A stretch of DNA of 64,000 nt from the human T2T-CHM13v2.0 reference genome, Homo sapiens. Below are positions 62,612 through 64,000 of this stretch, piece after piece; position 1 is the stretch's first letter, and every line of letters begins with the position of its first letter. The stretch is from assembly GCF_009914755.1 (NCBI RefSeq), contig NC_060929.1. One strand, 5' to 3'. Below the pieces are notes generated by a model. It saw only the letters and a list, made by a program, of their open reading frames with translations. It ran no database searches and was not told where the DNA came from. The translations under genes and the position numbers were made by a program.

Positions 62612-63114
62612 TGTTGGGAGCAAGCCCCCCAAAATCTGGCCCCAAAACTGGCCATAAACAAAATCTCTGCAGCACTGTGACATGTTCATGATGGTCATAA
62701 CACCCACACTGGAAGGTTGTGGGTTTACTGGAATGAGGGCAAGGAACACCTGGCCTGCCCAGGGTGGAAAACCACTTAAAGGCATTCTTAAGCCACAAAC
62801 AATAGCGTGAGTGATCTGTGCCTTAAGGACATGCTCCTGCTGCAGTTAACTAGCCCAACCTATTCCTTTAATTCGAGCCCATCCCTTCATTTCCCATAAG
62901 GGATATTTTTAGTTAATCGAATATCTATAGAAGCAATGATAATCACGGGCTTGCTGTTAATAAATACGTGGGTAAATCTCTGTTCAGGGATCTCAGCTCT
63001 GAAGGCTGTGAGGCCCCTGATTTCCCACTTCACACCTCTAAATTTCTGTGTGTGTGTCTTTAATTCCTCTAGCACGGCTGAGTTAGGGTCTCCCTGACAG
63101 AGCTGGTCTCAGCA
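62612..63114 (+). promoter_or_regulatory. 3' LTR (MER9)
   Basis: Direct repeat of 57370-57890. Confidence 0.93.
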
Positions 63115-64000
63115 CCACTTCTTTCAGTTTGAGTTATTCTTCCCACCCCTTCTTTCCACTTCTTGCATAAAATGTACTCTTTTCCCCATCTATAAAGGTG
63201 GAGGATATCATGGCTTTCCCATGTGGTCTTTACCTGCTTCTTGACCTAAAATTAATGGCGGTGTCACTATGCCACTAGTGACACCTGTTCTTTGCCTTCA
63301 GCACTAAGCAGCTACGTTTCTCATAAGCCTTCTTCATTAAGAATACATTTATGTCAATGCTTTTCCACTCAAGCTTTTCCTCCTCCTTTCAAGTGGTTTA
63401 TAAAAGCACAACATTTGTTATCAGTGTTTATAAGAGGCCATAGATCTGTAGTATGGCTTATGCAGATAATGCCATCTTAAAGTACCACACCTATTTTTCA
63501 AAACAGCATCTTTGAAAAGGATCCAGTATTAAAAACAAAGAAAAATACACAAAATAAAGAAACGATGATTCATTTCTGCCCTGTTTCCACTGTGTCTCAA
63601 AACCAAATTCAACTCCTGCATGTCTATGATTCTCTCCATCCACTATAGCTCCATGGAGACTATAGTGGCCTCTCCCTCCCTGCTCTCTCTCCTCTCTCTC
63701 CCATCACTCCCCTCCCTCTCTCACCTCTCTATGCCCTCTTCTACCTAAAGGTGGTTTTCTCCATTTTGGGTCCTTGTTTGTTCATCATTGTCATGTGGTA
63801 TGATAATTATTTCTCCTCAAACTTAGAAATATGTTATATTTCATCCTCCCCACTGATTACAGTGCTTGGACTAGGATTGATTTAATAGTAAATGATTGAT
63901 TTTTGCAGTTCACATATTTAGAAAATGAAGTTTTCCTCTTTATCAAGCAGTGAATCTATAGATTTCTAAGACCTACTATCTGTGTTATTGGTTCATGACA

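Larger units (their letters stand above)
57370..63114 (+). mobile_element. HERV-K(HML-3)/HERVK9 provirus, internally deleted (~5.7 kb)
   Basis: Two MER9-type LTRs (TG...CA), a Lys PBS, gag-dUTPase/pro-pol-env order, and a 6-bp TSD CCTCTT (57364-57369) / CCACTT (63115-63120). Confidence 0.93.

Overview
AT-rich, repeat-dominated primate (human or great-ape-like) intergenic or deep-intronic DNA. I found no intact cellular protein-coding gene. The long ORFs are all retroelement-derived. Main contents: (1) two 5'-truncated young LINE-1s, an L1PA2/3-like copy on the - strand at 1-3188 and an L1PA4-like copy on the + strand at 31616-34471 with a 15-bp TSD; (2) a two-LTR HERV-K(HML-3)/HERVK9 provirus at 57370-63114 with MER9 LTRs, a tRNA-Lys PBS and a 6-bp TSD, carrying deletions in gag MA, most of RT, and the env 3' end/PPT; (3) a complete THE1-type MaLR element at 45021-47292; (4) an ancient ERV-L internal region split by nested insertions; (5) an RPS17 processed pseudogene; (6) Alus, MADE1, Tigger3b, MER82 and other old repeats. 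I see no evidence for a new biological system. The most unusual features are a hard-wired in-frame NC-dUTPase ORF in the provirus, a local ~390-bp duplication whose second copy carries a 37-bp fold-back hairpin, a template-switch hairpin inside an AluJ, and a probable twin-primed old L1. Subfamily names come from recalled consensus sequences and need RepeatMasker/Dfam confirmation.
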